Positions 27,152 to 36,660 of a stretch of 64,000 nt of DNA are shown piece after piece. The translations under genes and the position numbers were made by a program. The first letter of the stretch is position 1. Each line of letters starts with the position of its first letter. The DNA is from Deltaproteobacteria bacterium. Its GTDB lineage: Bacteria; Myxococcota; Kuafuiibacteriia; Kuafuiibacteriales; Kuafuiibacteriaceae. The notes below the pieces were generated by a model, which was given only the letters and a program-made list of their open reading frames with translations, searched no databases and had not been told where the DNA came from. The stretch lies in contig JAVJQW010000007.1 of NCBI GenBank assembly GCA_040218735.1, forward strand, positions 160,001 through 224,000, given 5' to 3'.

Positions 27152-29008
27152 ATGGGCCTCCTACAGATCGGCGGTGCGCCGAAAGCCAAATGCGCGGGAC
27201 GCGTCGCGGGGATCGACCTCGGGACGACCTACTCACTCGTCGCCACCGTGCGCGACGGTTCCCCGACCGTGCTCCTCGACGACGAGGACCGCGCCACCTT
27301 CCCCTCCGTGGTGTGGTTCGGCGAGGGCGACGCGCGGGTGGTCGGCCACGACGCTCGCACGAAGGCGGGCGGTGGCGAGGGCACCGTCATCGCGAGCGCC
27401 AAGCGCTTCATGGGGCGCGCGCAGGTCGAGGCGCAGGCGGACGACGAGCTCACGCCCTACGTCTTCTCGAGCGAGGTCGACGGGCCGGTCGTGTACTTCG
27501 ACCTCGCGGACGGACGTCGCGTCACGCCGATCGAAGTGTCGGCGCACGTGCTCGCCGCGCTGAAGGCACGCGCGGAAGAACAGCTCGAAGGCCCCCTCGA
27601 CGGCGTGGTCATCACGGTCCCCGCGTACTTCGACGACGCGCAGCGCCAGGCGACGAAGGACGCCGCGCGCCTCGCGGGCCTCACGGTGCTGCGCCTGCTG
27701 AACGAGCCGACGGCCGCGGCGCTCGCGTACGGCCTCGACCAGAAGAAGGAGGGGATGTTCGCCGTCTTCGACCTCGGCGGCGGCACGTTCGACATCTCGA
27801 TCCTCACGCTCGACGACGGCGTCTTCCAGGTCCTCACGACCGGCGGTGACTCGCGCCTCGGTGGCGACGACTTCGACCGCGCCATCGCGGAGCACTTCCT
27901 CGCGTCGCAGGGCGTCGAGCCCGCGAAGGCCGCCCCCGACGTCGCGGCGCGTGCGCTCGCTGCGGCGCGCACGGCGAAGGAAGCGCTCACGGAGGCCGAC
28001 GAGGCCAGCCTCGAGATCGAGGGCCAGTCCCATACTCTTACGCGCTCGCAGATGGACGAGCTGATCCTCCCCACGCTGCGCCGCACGGAGAAACACATTC
28101 AGCGCGTGCTCGCCGACGTCGGGCTGTCGGGAGACGAGCTCGACGGCGTGGTGCTCGTCGGTGGCTCCACGCGGGTGCCGGCGGTGCGTACGTACGTCGA
28201 GAAGCTGTTCGGCCAGAAGCCGCTCGCCGACCTCGATCCGGATCGCGTCGTCGCGCTCGGCGCGGCGGTGCAAGCGGACTTGCTCGGCGGCGAGGGTCCG
28301 CGCGACGACGTGCTGCTGCTCGACGTCCTCCCGCTCTCGCTGGGCGTGGAGACGATGGGCGGCGTGGTCGAGAAGATCCTCCACCGAAACCAGACCATCC
28401 CCGCCACCGCGCAGCAGGAGTTCACGACCTACGCGGACGGGCAGACCGGGATGGACTTCCACGTCGTGCAGGGCGAGCGCGAGCTCGTCAGCGACGGCCG
28501 TTCGCTCGCGCGCTTCAAGCTGTCCGGAATCCCGCCCATGGGCGCGGGGATGGGCCGGGTGCTGGTGACGTTCGAGGTCGACGCGGACGGCATCCTGCAC
28601 GTCTCGGCGGAGGAGCAGACCACGAAGAAGCGCGCCAGCGTCCAGGTGAAGCCGTCCTACGGGCTCGACGACGAGACCGTGGAGCGGATGATCATGGAGT
28701 CCTTCCAGTTCGCGCAGGCGGACGTCGACGAGCGCCTCTTCGTCGAGCACCGCGTCGAGGCGGAGCGAATCATCGCCGCGCTCACGCGCGCGATGGAGGA
28801 GGACGGCGCGCTCCTCGCCGACGACGAGCGCGAGGCCCTGAACGCCGGCATCGCGTCCATCGAGGCTGCGGTGGAGGCCAAGAACGCGGGCCTGGTCCGC
28901 GAGCGCGTCGACCAGCTCGACGCCCTCTCCGCGGACTTCGCCGTCCGCCGCATGAACCAGTCGATCGGCGACGCCCTCCGAGGCCAGCAGGCCGAGGGGT
29001 TGGGCTGA
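27152..29008 (+). CDS. hscA: Fe-S chaperone HscA (Hsp70 family)
   Basis: N-terminal 'LLQI', 'GIDLGTT', '[18 protein letters not shown]', '[12 protein letters not shown]', 'VKPSYGL', 'FA.RRMN.SI'; operon position after hscB. Confidence 0.93.
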   Translation: MGLLQIGGAPKAKCAGRVAGIDLGTTYSLVATVRDGSPTVLLDDEDRATFPSVVWFGEGDARVVGHDARTKAGGGEGTVIASAKRFMGRAQVEAQADDELTPYVFSSEVDGPVVYFDLADGRRVTPIEVSAHVLAALKARAEEQLEGPLDGVVITVPAYFDDAQRQATKDAARLAGLTVLRLLNEPTAAALAYGLDQKKEGMFAVFDLGGGTFDISILTLDDGVFQVLTTGGDSRLGGDDFDRAIAEHFLASQGVEPAKAAPDVAARALAAARTAKEALTEADEASLEIEGQSHTLTRSQMDELILPTLRRTEKHIQRVLADVGLSGDELDGVVLVGGSTRVPAVRTYVEKLFGQKPLADLDPDRVVALGAAVQADLLGGEGPRDDVLLLDVLPLSLGVETMGGVVEKILHRNQTIPATAQQEFTTYADGQTGMDFHVVQGERELVSDGRSLARFKLSGIPPMGAGMGRVLVTFEVDADGILHVSAEEQTTKKRASVQVKPSYGLDDETVERMIMESFQFAQADVDERLFVEHRVEAERIIAALTRAMEEDGALLADDEREALNAGIASIEAAVEAKNAGLVRERVDQLDALSADFAVRRMNQSIGDALRGQQAEGLG

Positions 29009-29134
29009 GGCCTGTTCGACCCGTCTTCCCCCCGTTCTGCGCCATCTCGCGTCGATCCCCTCAACGTTTCCGAGATTCGGTCGAAGGATACGGCAAGCCC
29101 CCTTCACCTGGGTCGGAGGGCCGGGAGAACTGCC

Positions 29135-31387
29135 GTGTCGCAAACGCCACTTCCGCGCGCGATGACGCCGCCGCCTGCACCGCAGGCGACGAGGCGCGGA
29201 CGTGTGCCGTGGGATCCGGTGGCGCGGCCGCCCGCGGCGCCGCCGCCGCCTCGCGCCGCGGCTCGCCCGGTCGGGACCTCCGACGTGGCGCCCGAAGCCG
29301 TGGTGTCCCCGGTCGGCAAGACGTACGGGCGCTACCGAATCCTCTCCGTCATCCAGCGCGGCGGGATGGGCGAGATCTTCCTCGGCGAGTTCATCGACCC
29401 GGTTCAGTACGGGCAGCAGGTCGTCCTGAAGCGGTTGCTCGCCGACTTCGACGAGGACGAGCGCTACCGCTCGATGTTCGGCGCCGAGGCGCGGGTGATG
29501 CTCCGGATGGACCACCCGAACATCGTGAAGGTCTTCGACGCGCCGATGATCGAAGGCAAGCCGTGCCTGGCGATGGAGTTCGTCCACGGCCGCAACGTCA
29601 ACCAGATCCTCAAGCGATGCCGAAAGAGCGGCCGGCTGATGCCGCCGCAGATCGCGGTGTCGATCCTCCTGCACGTCCTCGAAGGGCTGCAGTACGCACA
29701 CACGATGGTGCTCGAGGACGGGTGTCCGCTGGACCTCGTCCACCGCGACGTCACGCCCGGCAACATCCTCGTCTCGTTCGACGGGGCGGTGAAGATGACG
29801 GACTTCGGGATCGCGAAGTCCAAGATGTCGGTGGTGTCGACGACGGTCGGCGTCGTGAAGGGCACGACGCGGTACCTCTCGCCCGAGCAGATACGCAGCG
29901 AGAACGTCGACGGTCGCTCCGACATCTTCTCCGCCGCCACCGTCCTGACCGAGATGCTCACGGGCGCGCCGCTCTTCGACCGCGGTGCGGTGCCCCCTAC
30001 GCTGTTTGCGATCATCAAGGGGCAGCGCAAACCCATCGCGGACCTGCTGCCGTTCCCCGCGCCGCGCCTCGCCGCCGCGCTGGAGAAGGCGCTGTCCGTC
30101 TCCCCGCGCGACCGATTCACGAGCGCCGAAGCGTTCGCCGCGGCGCTCCGCGACGCGCAGCGTGAGCTCGGCCGTCCGCTCGCGCCGGGGGCGCTCGGGC
30201 GCTTCGTGCAGGAGCTCTTCGATGACCGTCCGGTGCCGGTGAAGAAGCCGAAGCCGGTGGCGGGCCCCGAGAACCCCTCGCTCGACCTGACCTACCTGTT
30301 CGAGGTCAACGAGGGCAGCGGCTCCCACGCCGTGCGCGAGATTTCGGCGCTCGACACGCCGGACATCGAAGCGATCAGCGGCGACCTCGCGGGGGGCACC
30401 CCGCTGTCGGCCGAGCAGTTCGAGGCGCCGCGCGCCGCGCCGCCGCCTCCGCCGCCCGTGAGTCAGCGGATGGAGCTCCCGGAGTTCCCGGACGTCGAGA
30501 CCTCGCCGTCGCGGTCGGTCCCGATCTCCGAGGTCGGCGTCGAGCGCAGCGAGGCCCTGCGGCCGCTCGATCTGATGGACGAGGTCGCGCGCGAGCTGGA
30601 CATCGACGCCCCGCCGCCGCCGCGCTTCCCGCCGGCGCGTTCGCCGAGCAACGGGACGCCCGCGCGGCTGCGCGCGCCATATCGCCCAACGCCTTCGCGG
30701 CTCCCCGCCGACCTGTTCGTCGAGCCGTCCACGCAGGACGTCGAGGCGGAAGCCGACGCGTTTTCGAGCAACCGCGCGCTCATCCTCGGTGCGCTCGAGG
30801 AGGCCGTCTCTCCTCAGGTCGTCGAGGACGACGCCGCGACTTCGGCCTCGTCCGAGGTCGCTGCGCGGCCGGCGCGGTCCACGAAGACGCGCGTGCTCTT
30901 CCTCGCGGGGATCCTGTGCGGCGCGCTCCTCGTGTGGGGCATGACGGCGCTCGTCGCCGGGATGTTCGAAGAGGCGCCCGAGGCGCCGAAGCGCGCGGAG
31001 CGAACGACGCGGTCCGTGGCTCCCGCCAGCGAAGCGCCTTCGGCGCAGGACCCCGCGGCGCCCGACTCCGCGACGGCGCCTGTCCCCGCGGCGGCGCCCA
31101 ACGCGGTGGAGGCGCCCATCGTCAGCACGTCGCCCGAGGCTGCGTCAGGCGCCGAGCGAGGCCATATCGATCTGCTCCGGCCGCGCGGCGCGCGGGTCTT
31201 CATCGACGGTGTTCGCCTGAGCAAGCGGGTGCCGATCCGCGACTTCCGCGTGGAGCCGGGACATCGGAAGATCTTGGTGACGAAGGGCCGGTACCGGCGC
31301 TGGCTGGAGATCGACGTCGAGGCGGGTCAGTACTTCGACCTCACCGACGGCGAGATCGTCGAAGTCGACGCGACGCCTGATCAGTAG
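29135..31387 (+). CDS. Membrane Ser/Thr protein kinase with Pro-rich linker, TM and PEGA-like C-terminus
   Basis: 'GGMGEIF', 'VVLKR', 'HRDVTPGNIL', 'DFGIAK', 'YLSPEQ', 'RSDIFS'; TM 'VLFLAGILCGALLVWGM'; 'GARVFIDG...VEPGHRKI'. Confidence 0.92.
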   Translation: MSQTPLPRAMTPPPAPQATRRGRVPWDPVARPPAAPPPPRAAARPVGTSDVAPEAVVSPVGKTYGRYRILSVIQRGGMGEIFLGEFIDPVQYGQQVVLKRLLADFDEDERYRSMFGAEARVMLRMDHPNIVKVFDAPMIEGKPCLAMEFVHGRNVNQILKRCRKSGRLMPPQIAVSILLHVLEGLQYAHTMVLEDGCPLDLVHRDVTPGNILVSFDGAVKMTDFGIAKSKMSVVSTTVGVVKGTTRYLSPEQIRSENVDGRSDIFSAATVLTEMLTGAPLFDRGAVPPTLFAIIKGQRKPIADLLPFPAPRLAAALEKALSVSPRDRFTSAEAFAAALRDAQRELGRPLAPGALGRFVQELFDDRPVPVKKPKPVAGPENPSLDLTYLFEVNEGSGSHAVREISALDTPDIEAISGDLAGGTPLSAEQFEAPRAAPPPPPPVSQRMELPEFPDVETSPSRSVPISEVGVERSEALRPLDLMDEVARELDIDAPPPPRFPPARSPSNGTPARLRAPYRPTPSRLPADLFVEPSTQDVEAEADAFSSNRALILGALEEAVSPQVVEDDAATSASSEVAARPARSTKTRVLFLAGILCGALLVWGMTALVAGMFEEAPEAPKRAERTTRSVAPASEAPSAQDPAAPDSATAPVPAAAPNAVEAPIVSTSPEAASGAERGHIDLLRPRGARVFIDGVRLSKRVPIRDFRVEPGHRKILVTKGRYRRWLEIDVEAGQYFDLTDGEIVEVDATPDQ

Positions 31388-32943
31388 AGGAAGTTCAGGT
31401 CCACGAAGAAGTTCGTGGCGTTGTACGCCGGGTCCTGGAAGTTCCACCACGGGAACCGCAGCGTGCGCGAGCTGTTGCCCGACTGGAAGAACGGCGACTG
31501 GAACGTCGTCCACCCGGCCGCGACCGAGAAGTTCGAGTTGATGACGTAGCTCGCCGACACCGAGCCCCACGTCAGCGAAGTCAGGGGCGTCGTGCCCGGG
31601 TTCGCGAAGGGGCTGGAGGTCGTCGGCATCACCTGCCCGTTGTCCGACTGGGAGTTGCTCTGGTCGTAGGCGATGATCTGCAGCACCGACAGCCCGATCG
31701 AGAAGTTGAACGAACCCAGGCCGTAGATCGCGTTGATCGTGTGCACGAACTGGTACGACGGCGCGGCGAGCGCCGAGTAGCAGTCGCCCGCGTCCGAGCG
31801 GCTCACGGAGTCACAGAACGCGAGGTCCGTCGTCGGCTTCGAAGGGCCGGCGTGTTTCGTGAACGACTCGGCGAGGACGAACGTGAGGTTACCCGGGCCG
31901 ACGTCGCGGAACGTCTTGATCGCGCTGCCGCCGAGCGCCACCGAGATGATTCGGTCCTGCGCCTGCGCGAGGAGCGACGTGGGCAGCACGAGGTTGACGT
32001 TGGCGTTGAGCCGGATCCCCGTGAACTTCTCGGTGTAGATGCCCAGACCCGACATCCCGATGCGGGCGTCGCGCACGAAGAACTGACGCGGGCGCGAGCC
32101 GAGGTCGTTCGGCGTGATGGTGAGCGCCTGGTCGGCGGAGATGCCCGCCGTGGCGCGGAGCGTCCCGCTCAGGAACTTGGTGATGTCGTACGAGCCGCCG
32201 ATGCGCAGCCCGTACCCGTACGACGCGCGGCCGAGCTGCGGGTTCTCGACGAACGCCGACTGTCCGAAGTTCTGGCTGAACGTCGCGTTGATGATCCACG
32301 GCTTCGACGGGTCGACCGCCATGCCCGCACCGAGCGCAGCCGCGGCGGCCGCCTTGCTCTTGCTCTTGTCGACTTTGCCCGTGGCGTCGGCGCCCGCGTC
32401 CGCGGCCTCTTCCTTCACCTCGGCGAGCTTCTCGGCGGCGGTCTCCTTCTTCGCGTCGTCGGCCTTCTTCTCGCCCGCGTCCTTCTTCTTGGCTTCGACG
32501 GCGGCCTTGCCGTCCTCGATCGTCGACTTGGTCTCTTCCGTCGCCTCGGTCGCGACGTCCTTCGCGCCCTCCTCGGCCTTCATGCCCGACGCGGTGGTGT
32601 CGGTCGCGGGCTCTTCGGCCTTGGGCTCTTCCGCCGCGGGCTCCTCGGCCTTGGGCTCTTCGGCCACCGGCTCCTCGGCCTTGGGCTCCTCAGCCGCGGG
32701 CTCCTCGGCCGCCGGCTCTTCCGCCGCGGGGGCCTCCTCGGTCTTGGCCTCTTCCTTCTCCTCGGCCTTCGCGTCGTCCGTCTTCTCCTCGGACTTCTCT
32801 TCCGACGCCTCTTCCTTGGCGTCCTTGCTCGGCTCGGCGCTCTTCTCCGGGGTTGCCGGGTCTTCGGCCTCCTGAGCGAAGGAGAAGCTCGGAGCCGAAA
32901 TCGTGAGGGCCAACGCCCAGGCCAGGGTCCAACGACCGTACAT
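31381..32943 (-). CDS. Secreted/outer-membrane protein: acidic low-complexity N-terminus plus predicted beta-barrel
   Basis: Signal 'MYGRWTLAWALALTISAPSFSFA' at ATG 32943; EEPxA repeats; alternating beta-strand pattern; ends 'FFVDLNFLY' (aromatic OMP C-terminus). Confidence 0.7.
   Translation of the reverse strand: MYGRWTLAWALALTISAPSFSFAQEAEDPATPEKSAEPSKDAKEEASEEKSEEKTDDAKAEEKEEAKTEEAPAAEEPAAEEPAAEEPKAEEPVAEEPKAEEPAAEEPKAEEPATDTTASGMKAEEGAKDVATEATEETKSTIEDGKAAVEAKKKDAGEKKADDAKKETAAEKLAEVKEEAADAGADATGKVDKSKSKAAAAAALGAGMAVDPSKPWIINATFSQNFGQSAFVENPQLGRASYGYGLRIGGSYDITKFLSGTLRATAGISADQALTITPNDLGSRPRQFFVRDARIGMSGLGIYTEKFTGIRLNANVNLVLPTSLLAQAQDRIISVALGGSAIKTFRDVGPGNLTFVLAESFTKHAGPSKPTTDLAFCDSVSRSDAGDCYSALAAPSYQFVHTINAIYGLGSFNFSIGLSVLQIIAYDQSNSQSDNGQVMPTTSSPFANPGTTPLTSLTWGSVSASYVINSNFSVAAGWTTFQSPFFQSGNSSRTLRFPWWNFQDPAYNATNFFVDLNFLY
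32605..32739 (-). repeat. About 9 tandem 15-bp coding repeats (EEP[A/K/V]A)
   Basis: Translation 'EEAPAAEEPAAEEPAAEEPKAEEPVAEEPKAEEPAAEEPKAEEPA'. Confidence 0.85.
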
Positions 32944-33231
32944 ACGCAAAAACCTCCCCGGGACGACGTCGGGCGTCCTCCCAGCATCGTCTCCGTTACG
33001 CCCACTTTTCGAAGATGCCAACGATCGTTTTTTGACCGCCGTCACCCAGGATTCCCCGCGATCCGCGCGTTCGCCCCGCCCGAAAACCACCCGTCGCCCC
33101 CCGAACGCGGAAATCCAAAGCCGTTCTGGGGTGTTGTAGGCTGCTCGCGGAGGAGGGCCCGCCGCACGCGACGTTAAGATCCGAACACCTCGCCGCGCCG
33201 GCCTCGGCCTTTTGTCCGACCCCGTACCAAG

Positions 33232-33828
33232 ATGGAAAAACGCAGCCACCACGACCACCCCATCCACGAGCTCCTCGCCCGCCGCTGGAGCCCGGTCGCC
33301 TTCGACCCGCGCCCGCTCCCGCGCACCCAGCTCGCCTCGCTCCTCGAGGCGGCGCGCTGGGCCCCGTCCTGTTTCAACGAGCAGCCTTGGCGCTTCATCG
33401 TCGCCCCGCGCGATGACGCCGACGTCTTCGCGACGGCGCTCGGCTGCCTCGCCGAGGGCAACCAAGCCTGGGCGAAGAACGCGGGCGCGCTGCTCTTCAC
33501 CACCGCGAAGCAGACCTTCACGCGCAACGACAAACCGAACCGCTACGCCGCGCACGACGTGGGCCTCGCCGTCGAGAACCTCGTCATCCAAGCGATGGCG
33601 GACGGCCTGTTCGTTCACCAGATGGGCGGCATCCTTCACGATCGCGTCCGCGAGACGTACGGCGTGCCCGAGGACTTCGACGTCCTCACCGGCGTCGCCG
33701 TCGGTTATCCGGGCGACGTCGACGATCTCCCGGAGGACCTTCAGAAGCGCCAGCGCGGCGAGCGTTCGCGTCACGCGCTCGGTGACATCGCGTTCACCGG
33801 AACGTGGTCCGCCCCGTTTCGACCTTGA
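33232..33828 (+). CDS. Nitroreductase-family protein
   Basis: 'RRWSPVAF', 'EAARWAPSCFNEQPWRF', 'HDVGLAVENL', 'HQMGG', 'VAVGYPG'. Confidence 0.92.
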   Translation: MEKRSHHDHPIHELLARRWSPVAFDPRPLPRTQLASLLEAARWAPSCFNEQPWRFIVAPRDDADVFATALGCLAEGNQAWAKNAGALLFTTAKQTFTRNDKPNRYAAHDVGLAVENLVIQAMADGLFVHQMGGILHDRVRETYGVPEDFDVLTGVAVGYPGDVDDLPEDLQKRQRGERSRHALGDIAFTGTWSAPFRP

Positions 33829-33858
33829 CGCCGGAGCGCTCGCGGCCAAACAGAGGCC

Positions 33859-34572
33859 ATGCCCAACATCGTCGAGCTCGCGCAGGTCAGTAAGACCTAT
33901 CCGCTCGGTAACCTCGAAGTCCGCGCGCTCGACGGCGTCGACCTCGCCATCGAAAAGGGGGAGTTCACGACCATCGCCGGTCCCTCCGGCAGCGGCAAGA
34001 CGACCCTCCTCAACCTCGTCGGCTGCATCGACATCGCGTCCGAGGGCACCGTCCGAATCGACGGACAGTCCACGGCTCAGATGTCCGAGTCGGCGCTGAC
34101 GAACCTCCGCCTCGACAAGCTCGGGTTCATCTTCCAGAGCTTCAACCTCATCTCCGTCCTGAACCTCCACCAGAACGTCGAGTTCCCGCTGCTCTTGCAA
34201 GGCGGGTTGACGAAGGGCGAGCGCGACCAACGCGTCCGCAACATCGTCGAGAAGGTCGGCCTCGCCGACTACCTGCACCACCGCCCCAACGAGCTGTCCG
34301 GCGGGCAACGCCAGCGCGTCGCCATCGCCCGCGCGCTCGTCACCGAGCCCGCGATCGTCCTCGCCGACGAACCAACCGCGAACCTCGACTCCGGCACTGG
34401 CAAGGCGATCATCGACCTGATGAAGGACCTCAATCGCGTCGAGCAGACGACCTTCATCTTCTCCACGCACGACCCCTCCGTCATGGCGCAGGCCACCCGC
34501 ATCGTGCGGCTCGTCGACGGGCGGATCGCCGACGACGGCCTCGGCGAGACCCGGCCCGAGGCGCACGCGTGA
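33859..34572 (+). CDS. ABC transporter ATP-binding protein (LolD/MacB-like)
   Basis: Walker A 'GPSGSGKT', 'GFIFQSFNL', 'LSGGQRQRVAIARAL', 'LADEPTANLD', 'STHD'. Confidence 0.95.
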   Translation: MPNIVELAQVSKTYPLGNLEVRALDGVDLAIEKGEFTTIAGPSGSGKTTLLNLVGCIDIASEGTVRIDGQSTAQMSESALTNLRLDKLGFIFQSFNLISVLNLHQNVEFPLLLQGGLTKGERDQRVRNIVEKVGLADYLHHRPNELSGGQRQRVAIARALVTEPAIVLADEPTANLDSGTGKAIIDLMKDLNRVEQTTFIFSTHDPSVMAQATRIVRLVDGRIADDGLGETRPEAHA

Positions 34573-36656
34573 TCTCGCGGCTCCGCATCCTGGTGCTCGT
34601 CGCCTTCCGCAACCTCTTCGCCCACTGGGTGCGGACGATCTTCGTCGGCTCGATCATCGTCTTCGGCGCGACGCTGCTCGTCGTCGGCTCGGCGTTCATG
34701 GCGTCGATCGACAAGGGCATGTCGGCCGGCGTGATCGGCAGCCTCGGTGGCCACCTCCAGGTCTACTCGTCCCAGGGCAAGGACGAGTTCTCGCTGTTCG
34801 GCGGGTCGATGATGGGCGCCCCGGACATCGGCCGCATCGACGACTTCTCCAAGCTGCGTAAGGTCGCCGAGGGGGTGGACGGCGTGAAGGCGATCCTCCC
34901 CATGGGGATCGACATGGCGACCGCGACCAGCCCCGGCGAGCTGGAGCGCGCGCTCGGAGAGCTGCGCACCGCGGTCCGCGACGAAGACGCCGTCGCCATC
35001 CCTGCGCTGCGGACGCGCATCCGCGACATCCTCGCGCAGCTCGAGGACGAGCTGACCAAGAACGCGCAGATCGTCGCCGACAAGGAGCGCATCGAAGAGG
35101 GGCTCGGGGTCGTGCGCGAGGCGCGGACGGAGGCGTTCTGGTCGCGCTTCGACACGTCGCCGCTGTCGGCGCTCGAGTTCCTCGATACCCGGGTCGCGCC
35201 GTTCACCGAGGAAGGGCGGATGATGTACTTCCGCTACGTCGGCACCGATCTGGAGGCGTACCCGAAGTACTTCGACCGCTTCGAGGTCGTCGAGGGCGAG
35301 GTCGTTCCGCCCGGGCACCGCGGGTTCATGTTCAACCACCGCTTCCGCGAGGAGCGCGTGAAGCACTTCGTCGCGCGCAACTTCGACAAGCTCCGGCAGG
35401 CGGTCGTCGACAAGGGCGAGTCGATCGCGAAGGACCCGGCGCTGTCGTCGCGCGTTCGGAAGATGTCGAAGCAGTACCGCCGCATCACCTACCAGCTGAC
35501 GGCGGCGGAGGCGGAGACGCTGAAGGCGGAGTTGACGAAGTTCCTCGGTGAAGAAGGGAGCCTCGACCAGCTCCTCGAGTCGTTCCTCACCATCACGGAC
35601 GACAACCTGCTCGATCGGTTCGACTTCTTCTACGCGACGGTCGCGCCGAAGATCGATCTGTACGACTTCGACGTCGGCGACACGATCACGCTGCGCGGTT
35701 TCACGCGGAGCGGCTTCCTCAAGTCGGTCAATGTGAAGATCTACGGGGTGTTCCAGTTCAAGGGGCTCGAGAGCTCGGACGTCGCGGGCGGGCACAACGT
35801 CGTCGACCTGCTCACGTTCCGCGAGTTGTACGGGCTGATGACCGCCGAGAAGAAGAAGGAGCTCGCGGGCATTCGCGAGGAGGTCGGGCTCGAGGACGTG
35901 AGCGCTGCCGACGCGGAGGCGGAGCTGTTCGGGGAGGACACCGCGATCGTCGAGGCGGTCGACGCCACGGACGGGTTCGACGAGTTCGCCGGCGTCGACC
36001 TGCAGTCGGAGCGCGACCGGATGGCGTCGATCGAGAACGCCGTGTTCGACAAGACGCAGCAGGACCGCGGCCTCGCGCTCAACTCGGCGATCATCCTGGA
36101 GGACCCGGAGGCGATCGCGCCGATGCAAGCCAAGTTGACGAAGGCGATCGACGAGGCCGGGTTGGAGCTCCGCGTCGTCGACTGGCGGACCGCAGCGGGG
36201 ATCGTCGGACAGTTCATCGGCGGCCTGTGGGCGTTGCTGCTCGTCGCCACGATCATCACGTTCCTCGTGGCGCTGATCGTCATCATCACGTCGCTCGTCA
36301 TCGCGACGATGGAGCGCACCACCGAGATCGGAACGATGCGCGCCATCGGTGCGCAGCGGTCCACGGTGCTGTTGATGTTCGTGCTGGAGGCGATGCTGCT
36401 CGGCATCCTCGCCGGGCTCGTCGGCATGGCGATCGGCAGCGGCATCATCTTCTACCTGGGCTCGGTCGGTGTCCCCGCGCCGAAGCCGGAGATGACCTTC
36501 CTGTTCGGCGGGCCGCGTCTGTACCCGCAGCTCAGCGGGGTCGGGATGGTGTTCTCGTTCTTCGTGGTGTTCGTGGTGAGTTTGCTGTCGACGATCGTCC
36601 CCGCGATCCTCGTGACGCGAATCCAACCCATCATGGCCATGCGGGCGAAGGAGTGA
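34569..36656 (+). CDS. FtsX/LolE-like ABC permease with enlarged periplasmic domain
   Basis: 'AFRNL...RT', one TM, ~490-aa periplasmic region, 'ERTTEIGTMRAIG', three C-terminal TMs, 'IQPIMAMR'. Confidence 0.88.
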   Translation: MISRLRILVLVAFRNLFAHWVRTIFVGSIIVFGATLLVVGSAFMASIDKGMSAGVIGSLGGHLQVYSSQGKDEFSLFGGSMMGAPDIGRIDDFSKLRKVAEGVDGVKAILPMGIDMATATSPGELERALGELRTAVRDEDAVAIPALRTRIRDILAQLEDELTKNAQIVADKERIEEGLGVVREARTEAFWSRFDTSPLSALEFLDTRVAPFTEEGRMMYFRYVGTDLEAYPKYFDRFEVVEGEVVPPGHRGFMFNHRFREERVKHFVARNFDKLRQAVVDKGESIAKDPALSSRVRKMSKQYRRITYQLTAAEAETLKAELTKFLGEEGSLDQLLESFLTITDDNLLDRFDFFYATVAPKIDLYDFDVGDTITLRGFTRSGFLKSVNVKIYGVFQFKGLESSDVAGGHNVVDLLTFRELYGLMTAEKKKELAGIREEVGLEDVSAADAEAELFGEDTAIVEAVDATDGFDEFAGVDLQSERDRMASIENAVFDKTQQDRGLALNSAIILEDPEAIAPMQAKLTKAIDEAGLELRVVDWRTAAGIVGQFIGGLWALLLVATIITFLVALIVIITSLVIATMERTTEIGTMRAIGAQRSTVLLMFVLEAMLLGILAGLVGMAIGSGIIFYLGSVGVPAPKPEMTFLFGGPRLYPQLSGVGMVFSFFVVFVVSLLSTIVPAILVTRIQPIMAMRAKE

Positions 36657-36660
36657 CGCG

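Noticed and set aside
31381-34566. 1061-aa ORF as one protein (likewise the extended starts of 12654-15176, 41035-42258 and 49830-51650)
   Set aside because: The upstream parts overlap real genes. Signal peptides or family N-termini mark later starts at 32943, 14543, 41574 and 50367.
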